Shown here one piece after another: positions 1-9,752 of a stretch of 28,578 bases of DNA. Within the stretch, counting starts at the first letter, position 1. Every line of letters starts with the position of its first letter. A model generated the notes under the pieces. That model made no database searches. It saw nothing but the letters and a program-made list of their open reading frames with translations, and was not told the DNA's origin. This stretch comes from an uncultured bacterium. GTDB taxonomy: Bacteria > Krumholzibacteriota > Krumholzibacteriia > Krumholzibacteriales > Krumholzibacteriaceae. Position numbers and translations under genes: made by a program. Where the stretch lies: the NCBI GenBank assembly GCA_965371515.1, contig CBDUYR010000034.1:1-28578 (forward strand), in the 5' to 3' direction.

Positions 1-948
<948 letters not shown>

Positions 949-1066
949 AAAAAAAATCATAGAACACCGGCCGGGCCGGCATTCTAATTGACGGTATTCC
1001 AAACCCTCGGGTCGCAGAACGACCCTCGGGCCCACGTCACTAATTGGTCCATCGCACGCTATTTCT

Positions 1067-1098
1067 TTTTCAAAGAGCGTATTTCCCTATATGGAAAT
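1067..1098 (-). promoter_or_regulatory. rrn leader antitermination elements: boxB-like hairpin followed by boxA
   Basis: The minus strand reads ATTTCC-ATATAG-GGAAAT (hairpin, 1081-1098) and then GCTCTTTGAAAA (1067-1078), which resembles boxA TGCTCTTTAACA. Both lie between the promoter and the 16S gene. Confidence 0.7.
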
Positions 1099-1114
1099 TT
1101 CTTCCCAGAGACTA

Positions 1115-1143
1115 AACATATCCGAGTTGTCGGGACTTGTCAA
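1115..1143 (-). promoter_or_regulatory. sigma70-type promoter of the rRNA operon
   Basis: TTGACA (1143-1138), 17-nt spacer, TATGTT (1120-1115), pointing into the leader and 16S gene. Confidence 0.75.
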
Positions 1144-1435
1144 CTCATATCCGGGGGTATTCTAACTTATTTCGTTATCCCCGAATCGAGGCCAAAGCCC
1201 CCCTCACTGCGAACACCCGCATGATATAAGTCATTACTACATGCAAGTCAATAATATTCGTGCTTTTTTTCGATATATTTTGATTTTTCTGCAATTGGAG
1301 GATGATCCAGGCCCGGATCGGCGGGCGAGAATGTATCCCTCGGACGTAAAAGAACTGGAAAAGACCCGCCTTTCGCAGTACTTTCCCTTCGGGGCAGGAT
1401 ATTCGACATAGCTGTGCGGCAGCGGAGGACAGACA

Positions 1436-3553
1436 ATGGTGAGAAAACTAAGACATGGGGAGAAGCTGGCGCTCCAGATCCTTCTGATAGTGGTCGTGCT
1501 CGCCGCTGGATTCATGACGGCGATGCTGATGTGGCTCTCCCGCGACCTCCCCTCGATGGCGAGGCTCGAGATGATCGAGCCATCGCTGAAGACAAAGATA
1601 CTCGCCGCCGATTCGAGCGTCATAAGAGAATACTACAAACAGGACAGGATCCTGCTGAAGATGGAAGAGATCCCGCCCGAAGTGCAGAAGACCTTCCTCG
1701 CCATCGAGGACAGGCGATTCTACAACCACTTCGGGATAGACTTTTACCGCATCGCCTCCGCTGCTCTCAACGACATAAAACACTGGGAAATCCGTGAGGG
1801 TGCCTCGACGATCACGATGCAGCTCGCCACCGACCTCTTCTTCACCAAGGAACAGACCTGGACAAGGAAGATCAAGGAGGCGCTGCTCGCCCTGAGGATA
1901 GAGCGCACCTACTCGAAGGACGAGATACTGGAGATGTATCTCAACCAGATCTACTTCGGCGGCGGCGGGTACGGGATCGAAGCCGCGTCGATGCGCTTCT
2001 TCGGCGAGTCGGTCAGGGAGCTCAAACTACACCAGATCGCACTTCTGGCAGGGCTGCAGAAGAACCCTTCCGGGTACAACCCCTTCCGCAATCCCGAGAG
2101 GGCCCGGAAGAGGCGCACCATATGCCTGACGATGATGCGTGATTTCGAGGTCATCAACGAGGTCCAGTTCGACTCGCTCAGGACAAAGCCCCTCGACGTC
2201 GTACCCCGTGAGAGAGGCGACGCCGATTTCGCCGGACACTTCACTGAGCATATCAGGCAGATACTGTCACGGAAATACGGCGACCAGGCGATCTACCGTG
2301 GAGGCCTGACCGTTTACACGACGCTCGACCCGCTCCTGCAGAGGGTCGCCGAGGACAGCATGGAGAGCTTTCTTGCGCGCCTCGAGATGCAGCAGGAGTA
2401 CGAACTGACCAGGGCCGCCTACCTCGATACTCTCGAGGCCGGATACGAGATAGCCCCCGATTACATCCAGTCCGGCGCCGTTGCCCTCGATCCGCATACT
2501 GGCCATATAAAGGTGATGGTCGGCGGGCGTTCCTTCCGTGAGAAGAAGTTCAACAACGTCCTGCAGGCAAGGCGCCAGCCCGGCTCGGCCTTCAAGGCCT
2601 TCATATATATAACGGCCCTGGACAACGGCTACAGTCCCTCCGATGTGCTGCTCGACACGCCGATCGTGATCGAGATGCCGAACGGCGAGGTATACAAACC
2701 GAGAAACTTCAGCAAGAAGTTTCACGGCGCCGTCTCTCTGCGTTACGCCCTCGACAAGTCGATCAACATCCCCGCCGTCAAGCTTCTCCAGAAACTCGGC
2801 GGTCCGGCCGTCATCAGCATGGCGCACAACCTCGGGATCAGGAGCAGGCTGATGCCGTACCTCTCACTCGCCCTCGGGGCCCAGGAAGTAACACTGATAG
2901 AGCTCACCTCGGCGCTCGGCGTGATGGCCGCCGAGGGGATCAGGGCAGAGCCGATGGCAATCCTCAAGATCGTCGACAGAAACGGCAATATCCTCGAGGA
3001 GTTCAGGGAGGAGCGCGAGGAGGTTCTCACCCCTCAGATCGCCTACATGGTCACCGACATGTTGAGGACCGTGATCGATGAGGGAACGGGAAGAACGGCG
3101 CGGTCTCTCGGGCTCAGAATCCCGTGCGCCGGCAAGACAGGCACTACCGACGATTACGCTGACGGCTGGTTCATAGGATATTCTGCCGATCTGGCCGTCG
3201 GAGTCTGGACCGGGTTCAGCCACAGGGTCACATCGATGGGAGACGGCATGGTCGGCGCCAGGGTCGCGCTGCCCCTCTGGACGTGGATAATGCTGGCAGC
3301 CTACCCGGAAAACAGGGGCCGCGATTTCGACAGGCCCGAAGGGATCACGGAGGCGATGGTCTGCGTCGAGTCGGGTCTCACAGCAACCCCGTACTGCAGG
3401 AACGTAAGGCGGGAAAAGTTCATTGAGGGATTCGAACCAAAGAGGCAGTGCGACCTGCACAAGGTATCCGCATACGATCTTCTCGATAAGGACAAGGATT
3501 TCAGGGAACTTGACAGGGAAGCTTCCGAGGAAAGGGAGATCCCCGATAGATAG
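1436..3553 (+). CDS. mrcA: Class A penicillin-binding protein (PBP1A family, transglycosylase/transpeptidase)
   Basis: N-terminal TM helix. Transglycosylase motifs EDRRFYNHFG, GASTITMQ, RKIKE and KDEILEMYLN. Transpeptidase motifs SAFK, SIN and KTG. GGAGG RBS upstream. Confidence 0.93.
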   Translation: MVRKLRHGEKLALQILLIVVVLAAGFMTAMLMWLSRDLPSMARLEMIEPSLKTKILAADSSVIREYYKQDRILLKMEEIPPEVQKTFLAIEDRRFYNHFGIDFYRIASAALNDIKHWEIREGASTITMQLATDLFFTKEQTWTRKIKEALLALRIERTYSKDEILEMYLNQIYFGGGGYGIEAASMRFFGESVRELKLHQIALLAGLQKNPSGYNPFRNPERARKRRTICLTMMRDFEVINEVQFDSLRTKPLDVVPRERGDADFAGHFTEHIRQILSRKYGDQAIYRGGLTVYTTLDPLLQRVAEDSMESFLARLEMQQEYELTRAAYLDTLEAGYEIAPDYIQSGAVALDPHTGHIKVMVGGRSFREKKFNNVLQARRQPGSAFKAFIYITALDNGYSPSDVLLDTPIVIEMPNGEVYKPRNFSKKFHGAVSLRYALDKSINIPAVKLLQKLGGPAVISMAHNLGIRSRLMPYLSLALGAQEVTLIELTSALGVMAAEGIRAEPMAILKIVDRNGNILEEFREEREEVLTPQIAYMVTDMLRTVIDEGTGRTARSLGLRIPCAGKTGTTDDYADGWFIGYSADLAVGVWTGFSHRVTSMGDGMVGARVALPLWTWIMLAAYPENRGRDFDRPEGITEAMVCVESGLTATPYCRNVRREKFIEGFEPKRQCDLHKVSAYDLLDKDKDFRELDREASEEREIPDR

Positions 3554-3571
3554 GATCATCCGGTACGGCCG

Positions 3572-4228
3572 TTATCCCATCCCCTTCAGCTCGTTCATGA
3601 TCTGCACGCCGGAGCTCGTGCCAAGCCTGTTCGCGCCCGCCTCGACAAGCTCGAGGGCAGCTGCAGCCGTCCGTATGCCGGCCGATGCCTTTACGCCGAA
3701 GTCGAGCCCTACAGTCTCACGCATGATCCTTATATCATGAGGATTCGCGCCGGGAGGCCCGAACCCGGTCGACGACTTGACGAACCCGGCACCCGCCTCC
3801 ACGACGGCACGGCAGGCGGCGACCTTTTCCTCGTCGGTCAGCAGGGCGGCCTCGATGATGACCTTGAGAATCGCCTGACCGCATCCCTTTCTGACGAGTT
3901 CGATATCTTTCCGGACGAATTCCATATCGCCCGCCTTGACGGCGCCAACGTTGACGACCATGTCGATCTCGTCAGCCCCCCGCTCGACCGCGCGGCGCGC
4001 CTCGAAGGCCTTTACCTCCGAATCGACGGCGCCCAGGGGAAATCCCGATATGGAGCATACCTTGACGCGCGTCCCCGAGACCTCCTCTGCCACGAGAGGA
4101 ACGAAGTGGGTGTTGATGCAGGCCGAGAAGAAATCGTACTCGCAGGCTTCGGCGCAGAGACGCCTCACGTCGTCGTCGGTCGCATCCGGCCTGAGAAGTG
4201 TGTGATCTATGAGTCGGTTCAGTTCCAT
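3572..4228 (-). CDS. deoC: Deoxyribose-phosphate aldolase
   Basis: Motifs IDHTLL, GFPLG, GADEIDMV, LKVIIE, FVKSSTGF, VKASAGIR and RLGTS. Confidence 0.96.
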   Translation of the reverse strand: MELNRLIDHTLLRPDATDDDVRRLCAEACEYDFFSACINTHFVPLVAEEVSGTRVKVCSISGFPLGAVDSEVKAFEARRAVERGADEIDMVVNVGAVKAGDMEFVRKDIELVRKGCGQAILKVIIEAALLTDEEKVAACRAVVEAGAGFVKSSTGFGPPGANPHDIRIMRETVGLDFGVKASAGIRTAAAALELVEAGANRLGTSSGVQIMNELKGMG

Positions 4229-4242
4229 CCCTTACCTACGGC

Positions 4243-5409
4243 CTACAGACCTTCGTGGACTCCGAGCAGCGACTTGAGGCTCTCTACCCTGCCGCTCTTC
4301 ATGTAGATCCGCACGACCCTCTTGCTGATCCTGCAGAGGACCTCGTAGTTGAGACTCCCGTCCCACTCAGCCAGGTCGTCGACGCTGATATCCTCCTCAC
4401 CCTGGCTCCCGAATATGACGACTTCCTCCCCCGAGGCGGGATCGTCGAAGCCGGAGAGATCGATCATCGTCATGTCCATCGTCACCCTTCCGACGATCGG
4501 CACCCTGGCGCCCCTGAAGAGGACTTCACCCCTGTTCGAGAGACGGTGGCTCATCCCGTGGCCATACCCTGCGGCGATTACGCCTATGGTCATGTCGGAA
4601 GGCGCGATATATGTCCGGCCGTAACTCACGCTCGATCCCGCAGAGGCCTCACGAACGAGGAGAAGCCTCGACTTGAAGCTCATGACGGGCCTCACATCCA
4701 CCCTGTCCCGAAGCGTCAGCGACGGCGAATGGCCATAGACGAGGAGCCCCGGCCTGATCATGTTGAAGTGCGCCGTTGGAAAATTGATTATCGCAGCGCT
4801 GTTGGCCGTATGAACATAATCGAAGGTTATGCCGGCGTCCGACAGCTCATCCAGTATCCCCGTGAACGAATCGATCTGGTCGCCTGTAAAATCGGAGTCG
4901 ACGTCGGACGCAGGAAAATGCGTAAATATCCCCTCGAGCTCGAGACCCTCCATCGAGGACATCTCCCTGATCGCACTGACGGCCGAGGCCAGCGGAAGAC
5001 CGGCGCGGCCCATCCCCGTATCGACCTCGACGTGCATCCTGCATATCGTACTACGCCGAATCGCCTCGGCGGAAGCCGCCCTGGCGAACTCGACCGAAGA
5101 GGCAGAAACGGCAATGTTGTTCTCGAGGACCTCTTCGAGCTCCTCACGCAGAACGGGGCTGAGTATCAGTATCGGCAGCTCTATGCCCGCGCCGCGCAGC
5201 TCCCTGCCCTCGTCGAGGGTCGCCACGCCGAGCATGTCGACACCGCAGTCGGCAGCCTGCTGCGAGACCCTCACCGCACCGTGGCCGTAAGCGTCGGCCT
5301 TCACCACAAGGAGGATACGCACTCCGTCGGGCACGAGATCGCGGACCCGTTCGATGTTCAGCACGAGGGCATCGAGATCGACTTCTACCCATGAAGGAAA
5401 CCTGTCCAT
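4243..5409 (-). CDS. alr: Alanine racemase
   Basis: PLP-lysine motif VVKADAYGHG, plus DTGMGRAG, RPGLLVYG, VSYG and GRVTMDM. Confidence 0.97.
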   Translation of the reverse strand: MDRFPSWVEVDLDALVLNIERVRDLVPDGVRILLVVKADAYGHGAVRVSQQAADCGVDMLGVATLDEGRELRGAGIELPILILSPVLREELEEVLENNIAVSASSVEFARAASAEAIRRSTICRMHVEVDTGMGRAGLPLASAVSAIREMSSMEGLELEGIFTHFPASDVDSDFTGDQIDSFTGILDELSDAGITFDYVHTANSAAIINFPTAHFNMIRPGLLVYGHSPSLTLRDRVDVRPVMSFKSRLLLVREASAGSSVSYGRTYIAPSDMTIGVIAAGYGHGMSHRLSNRGEVLFRGARVPIVGRVTMDMTMIDLSGFDDPASGEEVVIFGSQGEEDISVDDLAEWDGSLNYEVLCRISKRVVRIYMKSGRVESLKSLLGVHEGL

Positions 5410-5413
5410 GCGA

Positions 5414-6373
5414 TCATTCCTCCCCGTCGCCCGTTCCGTTCCCGGAGTGGCCCCTGTATATGAACCGGTCGAGAAGTTTTACATACTCGGTCCAGTCTCC
5501 CTCACCCTCGTTCTTCTCTATCGTCGTGAGAGCGCCGCGTACCTGGGCATCGAGATTGTCGAGGTAGTGAAGGAGCATCGCTTCCACCGTCATCGGCACA
5601 ACGGGCGATCCATGCTCGAGATTGCCATGATGGCTGAGGATCATGTGCTTCAGCCTCAACGCGAGCTCATCTGGAAAATCCGGGATCTCCCTGATCACGC
5701 ACTCGAGCATCTCCGCACCGATGGTGATATGGCCGAGCAGCCTGCCTCTATCGGAATAATTTATATGGTTGGTCACAGACAGCTCCTCCATCTTGCCGAT
5801 GTCGTGGAGAAGCACGCCTGCCATGAGCAGATCCATGTCTATATCCGGGTATACGTCCGCGGCGCGATCTGCCAGGCGCGCCATGTCGATAACGTGCTCG
5901 GCCAGACCGCCCACCCAGGCGTGATGCCATCCTTTCGCCGCTGGAGCGCGGAGAAAATCATCGCGGAATCCCTCTCCGCCGAAGATGCCATCGAGTAGCC
6001 GCTTCAGATGATCGTTCTTTATGGATGAGATGATGTCGAGGATCGACTGGAAGATCCCGTCGGCGTCTCTCGAAGTTGTCGGGAGGAAAATGGAAGGGTC
6101 GTACTCGCCCTCTTCGAGCTTTTCGAGCCAGGCAACCTTGAGCTGAAGGGCGCCCTGATACTCGGTGATCTCCCCTCCGACCTTGACGACGTCGTTTATT
6201 CCGATCGAGGTCTCAGCCTCTTTCGTAGGCTCCCACCAGACCCCTTTCAGGACTCCGTCGCGGTCGCTGAACTGAAAAAGGAGAAACTTCCCGCCGGTGA
6301 AATCCCTCCTGACCTTTTTCGATACGACCATTACCCTCTCTACCCTGTCCCCCACCGTCATCTTGCCCGTCAT
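5414..6373 (-). CDS. yhaM: YhaM-family 3'-5' exoribonuclease (OB-fold plus HD domain)
   Basis: N-terminal OB-fold (DRDG, VKVGGEITEYQGALQLKV). HD-domain motifs HHAWVGGLAEH, LLHDIGK, HMILSHHG and LHYLDNLDA. I moved the start to ATG 6373 because AGGAGG lies at 6383-6378. Confidence 0.88.
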   Translation of the reverse strand: MTGKMTVGDRVERVMVVSKKVRRDFTGGKFLLFQFSDRDGVLKGVWWEPTKEAETSIGINDVVKVGGEITEYQGALQLKVAWLEKLEEGEYDPSIFLPTTSRDADGIFQSILDIISSIKNDHLKRLLDGIFGGEGFRDDFLRAPAAKGWHHAWVGGLAEHVIDMARLADRAADVYPDIDMDLLMAGVLLHDIGKMEELSVTNHINYSDRGRLLGHITIGAEMLECVIREIPDFPDELALRLKHMILSHHGNLEHGSPVVPMTVEAMLLHYLDNLDAQVRGALTTIEKNEGEGDWTEYVKLLDRFIYRGHSGNGTGDGEE

Positions 6374-6482
6374 CTGTCCTCCTGTGAAATGATGCCTTAT
6401 TCTCACGGACATTTTAACCTAATCCACCAGGGACCGGAGGGTCAAGCGTAAAGGCCTCCCATACCCGGGGCAACCCGCGGAT

Positions 6483-6514
6483 AAAAAAAGCGGCCCCGGC
6501 AAAACCGGAGCCGC
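6483..6514 (-). terminator. Rho-independent terminator after the 6542-7327 gene
   Basis: The minus strand reads GCGGCTCCGG-TTTTG-CCGGGGCCGC followed by T7. Confidence 0.85.
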
Positions 6515-6541
6515 ATGCATTCCAGCCTGTCTTGGAACCGT

Positions 6542-7327
6542 TTACTGCGATATGACGGGCATTACGCTTCCGCCGTAGCGGATATACTCGAGTTTGACCG
6601 GACCGGCGATCTTGCTTCTGGTGCGGTAATTTCTCGTGTTCGTCGGCGGCCTGCCGCCGTAGCTGACTCCGCCGTCGAAGTAGAGGTTCTCGGCCATGTA
6701 GGCCTTGAGGACTATCTCCAGCTCGGGAGCGACTTCCTCGAGGAAGAACCTGATATTGGGGTAGTTCAGGACGTAAGCCATCTCTGGATCTCCCGACCAG
6801 GCGACCTCTTCATAGGTGACGACAGCCTTCTCGACCCTGAACCTCGTGTTGAAAATATCCTTGAGCTTGCTCGTCTGGGGACTGAGCGAGCTGATGTCGA
6901 TCTCTTCGAAATCACCCTCATCGAATCCTTTTATAAGCGGCGGGAAGGTAACGGCGTACGGCTCGCCTACTTCGATAGTATCGCCGCCGACGACAAAGAA
7001 ATCGACCGTAAAATGAGTGATCGGAGAGAAGATCTTCCTCGCGCCAGTAACGAACTTCTTGCCTTCGACCTGCTTCAGTTTGTTCTCAATATCCATACCG
7101 GTGAAGAACTCGATGAGATTTCCTTCCCTCACCATGGCGAGGTCACCGTTCGCGACGATGAAATCCGGAGTGTCGAAGCTGAATTTGTATCCGGGGCTGG
7201 AGATCTGAGCATGGCCGGCTTCCCTCAAGGTGACCATCTGATAGGTCTCCTCGAGCTTGCCGCCGCAGCCTGCTGCCAGACCGGCTACGAGTACGGTCGC
7301 AAGAATTGTCGAGATAAGCTTCGACAT
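6542..7327 (-). CDS. Hypothetical lipoprotein (261 aa)
   Basis: Signal peptide with lipobox LAAG-C and an AAGGAG RBS. It has its own promoter and terminator. I recognise no family. Confidence 0.85.
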   Translation of the reverse strand: MSKLISTILATVLVAGLAAGCGGKLEETYQMVTLREAGHAQISSPGYKFSFDTPDFIVANGDLAMVREGNLIEFFTGMDIENKLKQVEGKKFVTGARKIFSPITHFTVDFFVVGGDTIEVGEPYAVTFPPLIKGFDEGDFEEIDISSLSPQTSKLKDIFNTRFRVEKAVVTYEEVAWSGDPEMAYVLNYPNIRFFLEEVAPELEIVLKAYMAENLYFDGGVSYGGRPPTNTRNYRTRSKIAGPVKLEYIRYGGSVMPVISQ

Positions 7328-7420
7328 GGATTCGCTCCTTTGTAGGAAGTTAACTAAATCTACCCTCTTGCGTTAAGCAGGAAGTATCCCACTTTACTGT
7401 AGACAAATCGTAACGCTGAA

Positions 7421-7449
7421 AAATTAATACTCTGTCTTCGGCATGTCAA
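7421..7449 (-). promoter_or_regulatory. sigma70-type promoter for the 6542-7327 lipoprotein gene
   Basis: TTGACA (7449-7444), 17-nt spacer, TAATTT (7426-7421), with an AT-rich tract upstream. Confidence 0.65.
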
Positions 7450-7512
7450 CCTTATTTTGAATTATAGATAAATCAGCGGGTTAGACCGATTTGCAGGACC
7501 TTCCGGAGAGGT

Positions 7513-8487
7513 TCAGTGTATGCCGGCCTCCTTGTCTGTAATCGGTATGCCATAGACCCTGAATATCTCGCGTATTCCGGGATGTATCTCTATGTCGTCG
7601 GGAAGGGGGATGAGTCTCATCCTGCCATACTCCATCGCTCCCGAGGGTGACAGCTCCATGTCGATGCGTCCGAGATACTGCCCGAGCCCTCCCGTCGCCA
7701 GAAGGAGCGTCTTCCCCACCTTTTCTGTCTTCTTCAACATGGGCTTGCCATGGCCGATCACGACGATGTCGAAATCCTTCACCCTGGCGAGGAGATCCCT
7801 CGTCCTGTCCAGCCCCATATGGCTGATGAGTACGAGAAAGTCGGCATCTTTCTTCATGAGGGGAATGACCTTCTTGAGCGTAGTCTCGACCGGTTCGACA
7901 GTGAATGTCGACCTGTCGATGTAGGCAGGGAACTTTATAGTCTCGTCCAGGACACCGGTTATCGCTATGCGCAATCCTCCCCGCATCGTGATTACAGTGT
8001 ACTGTTTCCCGAAAACGGGCAGGCCCGTCGAGGGCTCGACCACGTTTGCAGCGATTATTTCAAACTCTGCGTTCGCCTCGATCGACTGCAGAAAGGGCAG
8101 GCCGAATATGAACTCGGTCTCTCCCGGCGTAAAGACGTCGACCCCTATCAGGCTGAAGCTCTCCATCGCCAGCTCGGCTTCCTTCTTCGTGAAGGACAGA
8201 TCGAAGCTGAAGGCGTCCCCGGCGTCTAGGACGAGCACCTCCCTCGAACCTCGCCGCACTCTTTCGATATATGTCGCCCGCCTGCCGAGCCCTCCCGAAT
8301 CCTCCACCGTGCATCCGCACGAACGTATCTTGCCGAGCATGTCGCTGGAGAAAAGGACAGTGACCGAAGCGGATTCAGCGGCACTCCGGCCCTCTTCCCC
8401 TCCTTCTCCGCAGGCTTGTATCAGAGCGGCGGCGGCAAGCATCAGGAGTACAGCACCACAGCGTAGGCGATCTCGAATCAGTTTCAT
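7513..8487 (-). CDS. UshA/5'-nucleotidase-like metallophosphoesterase-fold lipoprotein with CGC motif; degenerate active site, no C-terminal nucleotidase domain
   Basis: Lipobox LIQA-C. Motifs SSDMLG, SCGC....GGLGRRATYI, LDAGD, TPGETE, ISHMG, IGHG and GQYLGRID. Confidence 0.8.
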   Translation of the reverse strand: MKLIRDRLRCGAVLLMLAAAALIQACGEGGEEGRSAAESASVTVLFSSDMLGKIRSCGCTVEDSGGLGRRATYIERVRRGSREVLVLDAGDAFSFDLSFTKKEAELAMESFSLIGVDVFTPGETEFIFGLPFLQSIEANAEFEIIAANVVEPSTGLPVFGKQYTVITMRGGLRIAITGVLDETIKFPAYIDRSTFTVEPVETTLKKVIPLMKKDADFLVLISHMGLDRTRDLLARVKDFDIVVIGHGKPMLKKTEKVGKTLLLATGGLGQYLGRIDMELSPSGAMEYGRMRLIPLPDDIEIHPGIREIFRVYGIPITDKEAGIH

Positions 8488-8649
8488 CCATTGTTCCTTT
8501 CATGCCCCGTAAAATCGTCGAGGGCGGATTATATCATAAGGCCTTCGCGTGATTCCAGTGTTTGCGCTTCCCAATTTCGAACCGATATGTTTATTTATAT
8601 ACCAATGGACCGGCCCACCGGTTCCCTTATCGGAATCAAAAGGAGCAAG

Positions 8650-9744
8650 ATGGCTTTTTCCACGCGCAGAAGCTTCCGGTTTCTCACAGCGGCCCTCGCC
8701 GTTGCGGCAGCCGCAGTCCTTATCGCCGGATGCGGAGGAGCTCCACCCGACCAGCCCCCGGCAGAGGCTGAACCCGAGGCCGCAACGCCGCCCCAACCGT
8801 TGCTCATGGACGCCGAGGTGGCAGCGAAGGCGGGCAATTACAACGCGGCGATCTCGATCATCCGGGAGATCCTCTCCGGAAACACCGACGACATAGAGGC
8901 GCTGAGACTTCTGGCAAGAGTGCAGGCCACGAGCGGGGATCGTTCCGGCTCGGCCGATACGTGGGAAAGAATCGCACATCTCGATCCCTACGACCCCGAC
9001 GCCGTCTACGAGGTTGGAACGTCGCTGGCGAGGAAGAAGAACTGGGAGGAAGTCAGAACGAGGATGGTCTCCCTCGATGCGGCGGGAAAGGCCGACGCCC
9101 GGCATTACCTGCTGGCCGGACAAGCCGATCTCGAGCTGGGATACAGGACGGAGGCCGAAAAATATCTTCTCAAGGCAGGCGATCTCGAGCTGGCACAGTC
9201 GCTTCTCGGGAAGCTCTACTACGATCGCGGGGACCTCGACAACGCTGAAAACGCCTTTCTAAGGGTGCTCGATATGAACGGCTCGAATTACACTGCTAAC
9301 CTCCACGTTGGATATATCAGATATCACGAGAGAAAATACCGCGGCGCGATCCGCCACTACACAGCCGCGCACAGGGCCGAGCCCTCCGATCCGATGGCAT
9401 GCCTCAGCCTGGCCGCCGCCTACGAAAAATCGGGCGACCGCGTCTCTGCGATAAAATACTACCGCAAGGGATTGGGGCTCGATGGAGTCGCGGCCTCCGA
9501 GCGCAAGAAGGTCTACACGACCACGGCGAGGCTTCTCCTCGAGTCCGGGCAGACGGATGAAGTCGAGAAACTCGCCTCGGCGGGCGTCAGGGAGTTCTCC
9601 ACGGCAGGCGGGCTCTATTTCTACTGGGGTGAGGCACTCCTCAAGCAGGGCAGGAAGACTGAAGCGAAGGAAAAATACAAGAAGGCTGCGGAGGACCCCC
9701 AGTGGAAAGATCCTGCGCTCAAGAGATTTCACTCGATAAGATGA
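8650..9744 (+). CDS. Tetratricopeptide-repeat lipoprotein
   Basis: Start moved to ATG 8650 (AGGAG at 8641-8645). Lipobox LIAG-C, a Pro/Ala/Glu linker, then multiple TPR units such as LLGKLYYDRGDLDNAENAFLRVL and LAAAYEKSGDRVSAIKYYRKGL. Confidence 0.88.
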   Translation: MAFSTRRSFRFLTAALAVAAAAVLIAGCGGAPPDQPPAEAEPEAATPPQPLLMDAEVAAKAGNYNAAISIIREILSGNTDDIEALRLLARVQATSGDRSGSADTWERIAHLDPYDPDAVYEVGTSLARKKNWEEVRTRMVSLDAAGKADARHYLLAGQADLELGYRTEAEKYLLKAGDLELAQSLLGKLYYDRGDLDNAENAFLRVLDMNGSNYTANLHVGYIRYHERKYRGAIRHYTAAHRAEPSDPMACLSLAAAYEKSGDRVSAIKYYRKGLGLDGVAASERKKVYTTTARLLLESGQTDEVEKLASAGVREFSTAGGLYFYWGEALLKQGRKTEAKEKYKKAAEDPQWKDPALKRFHSIR

Positions 9745-9752
9745 GGTTGTAG

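Noticed and set aside
1221..1251. Second upstream rRNA promoter (TTGACT ... TATCAT on the minus strand)
   Set aside because: The spacer is 19 nt, so it is possible but not well enough supported.
1318..1430. Possible structured leader or riboswitch upstream of PBP1A (GGCGGG...CCCGCC pairing, GGACGTAAAAG, C-TTCG-G hairpin)
   Set aside because: It only superficially resembles c-di-GMP-I and lacks the conserved core and an expression platform. An Rfam/Infernal search would be needed.
7471..7483. IHF-like site AATCAGCGGGTTA
   Set aside because: It is a single one-mismatch match to a degenerate consensus with no supporting context.
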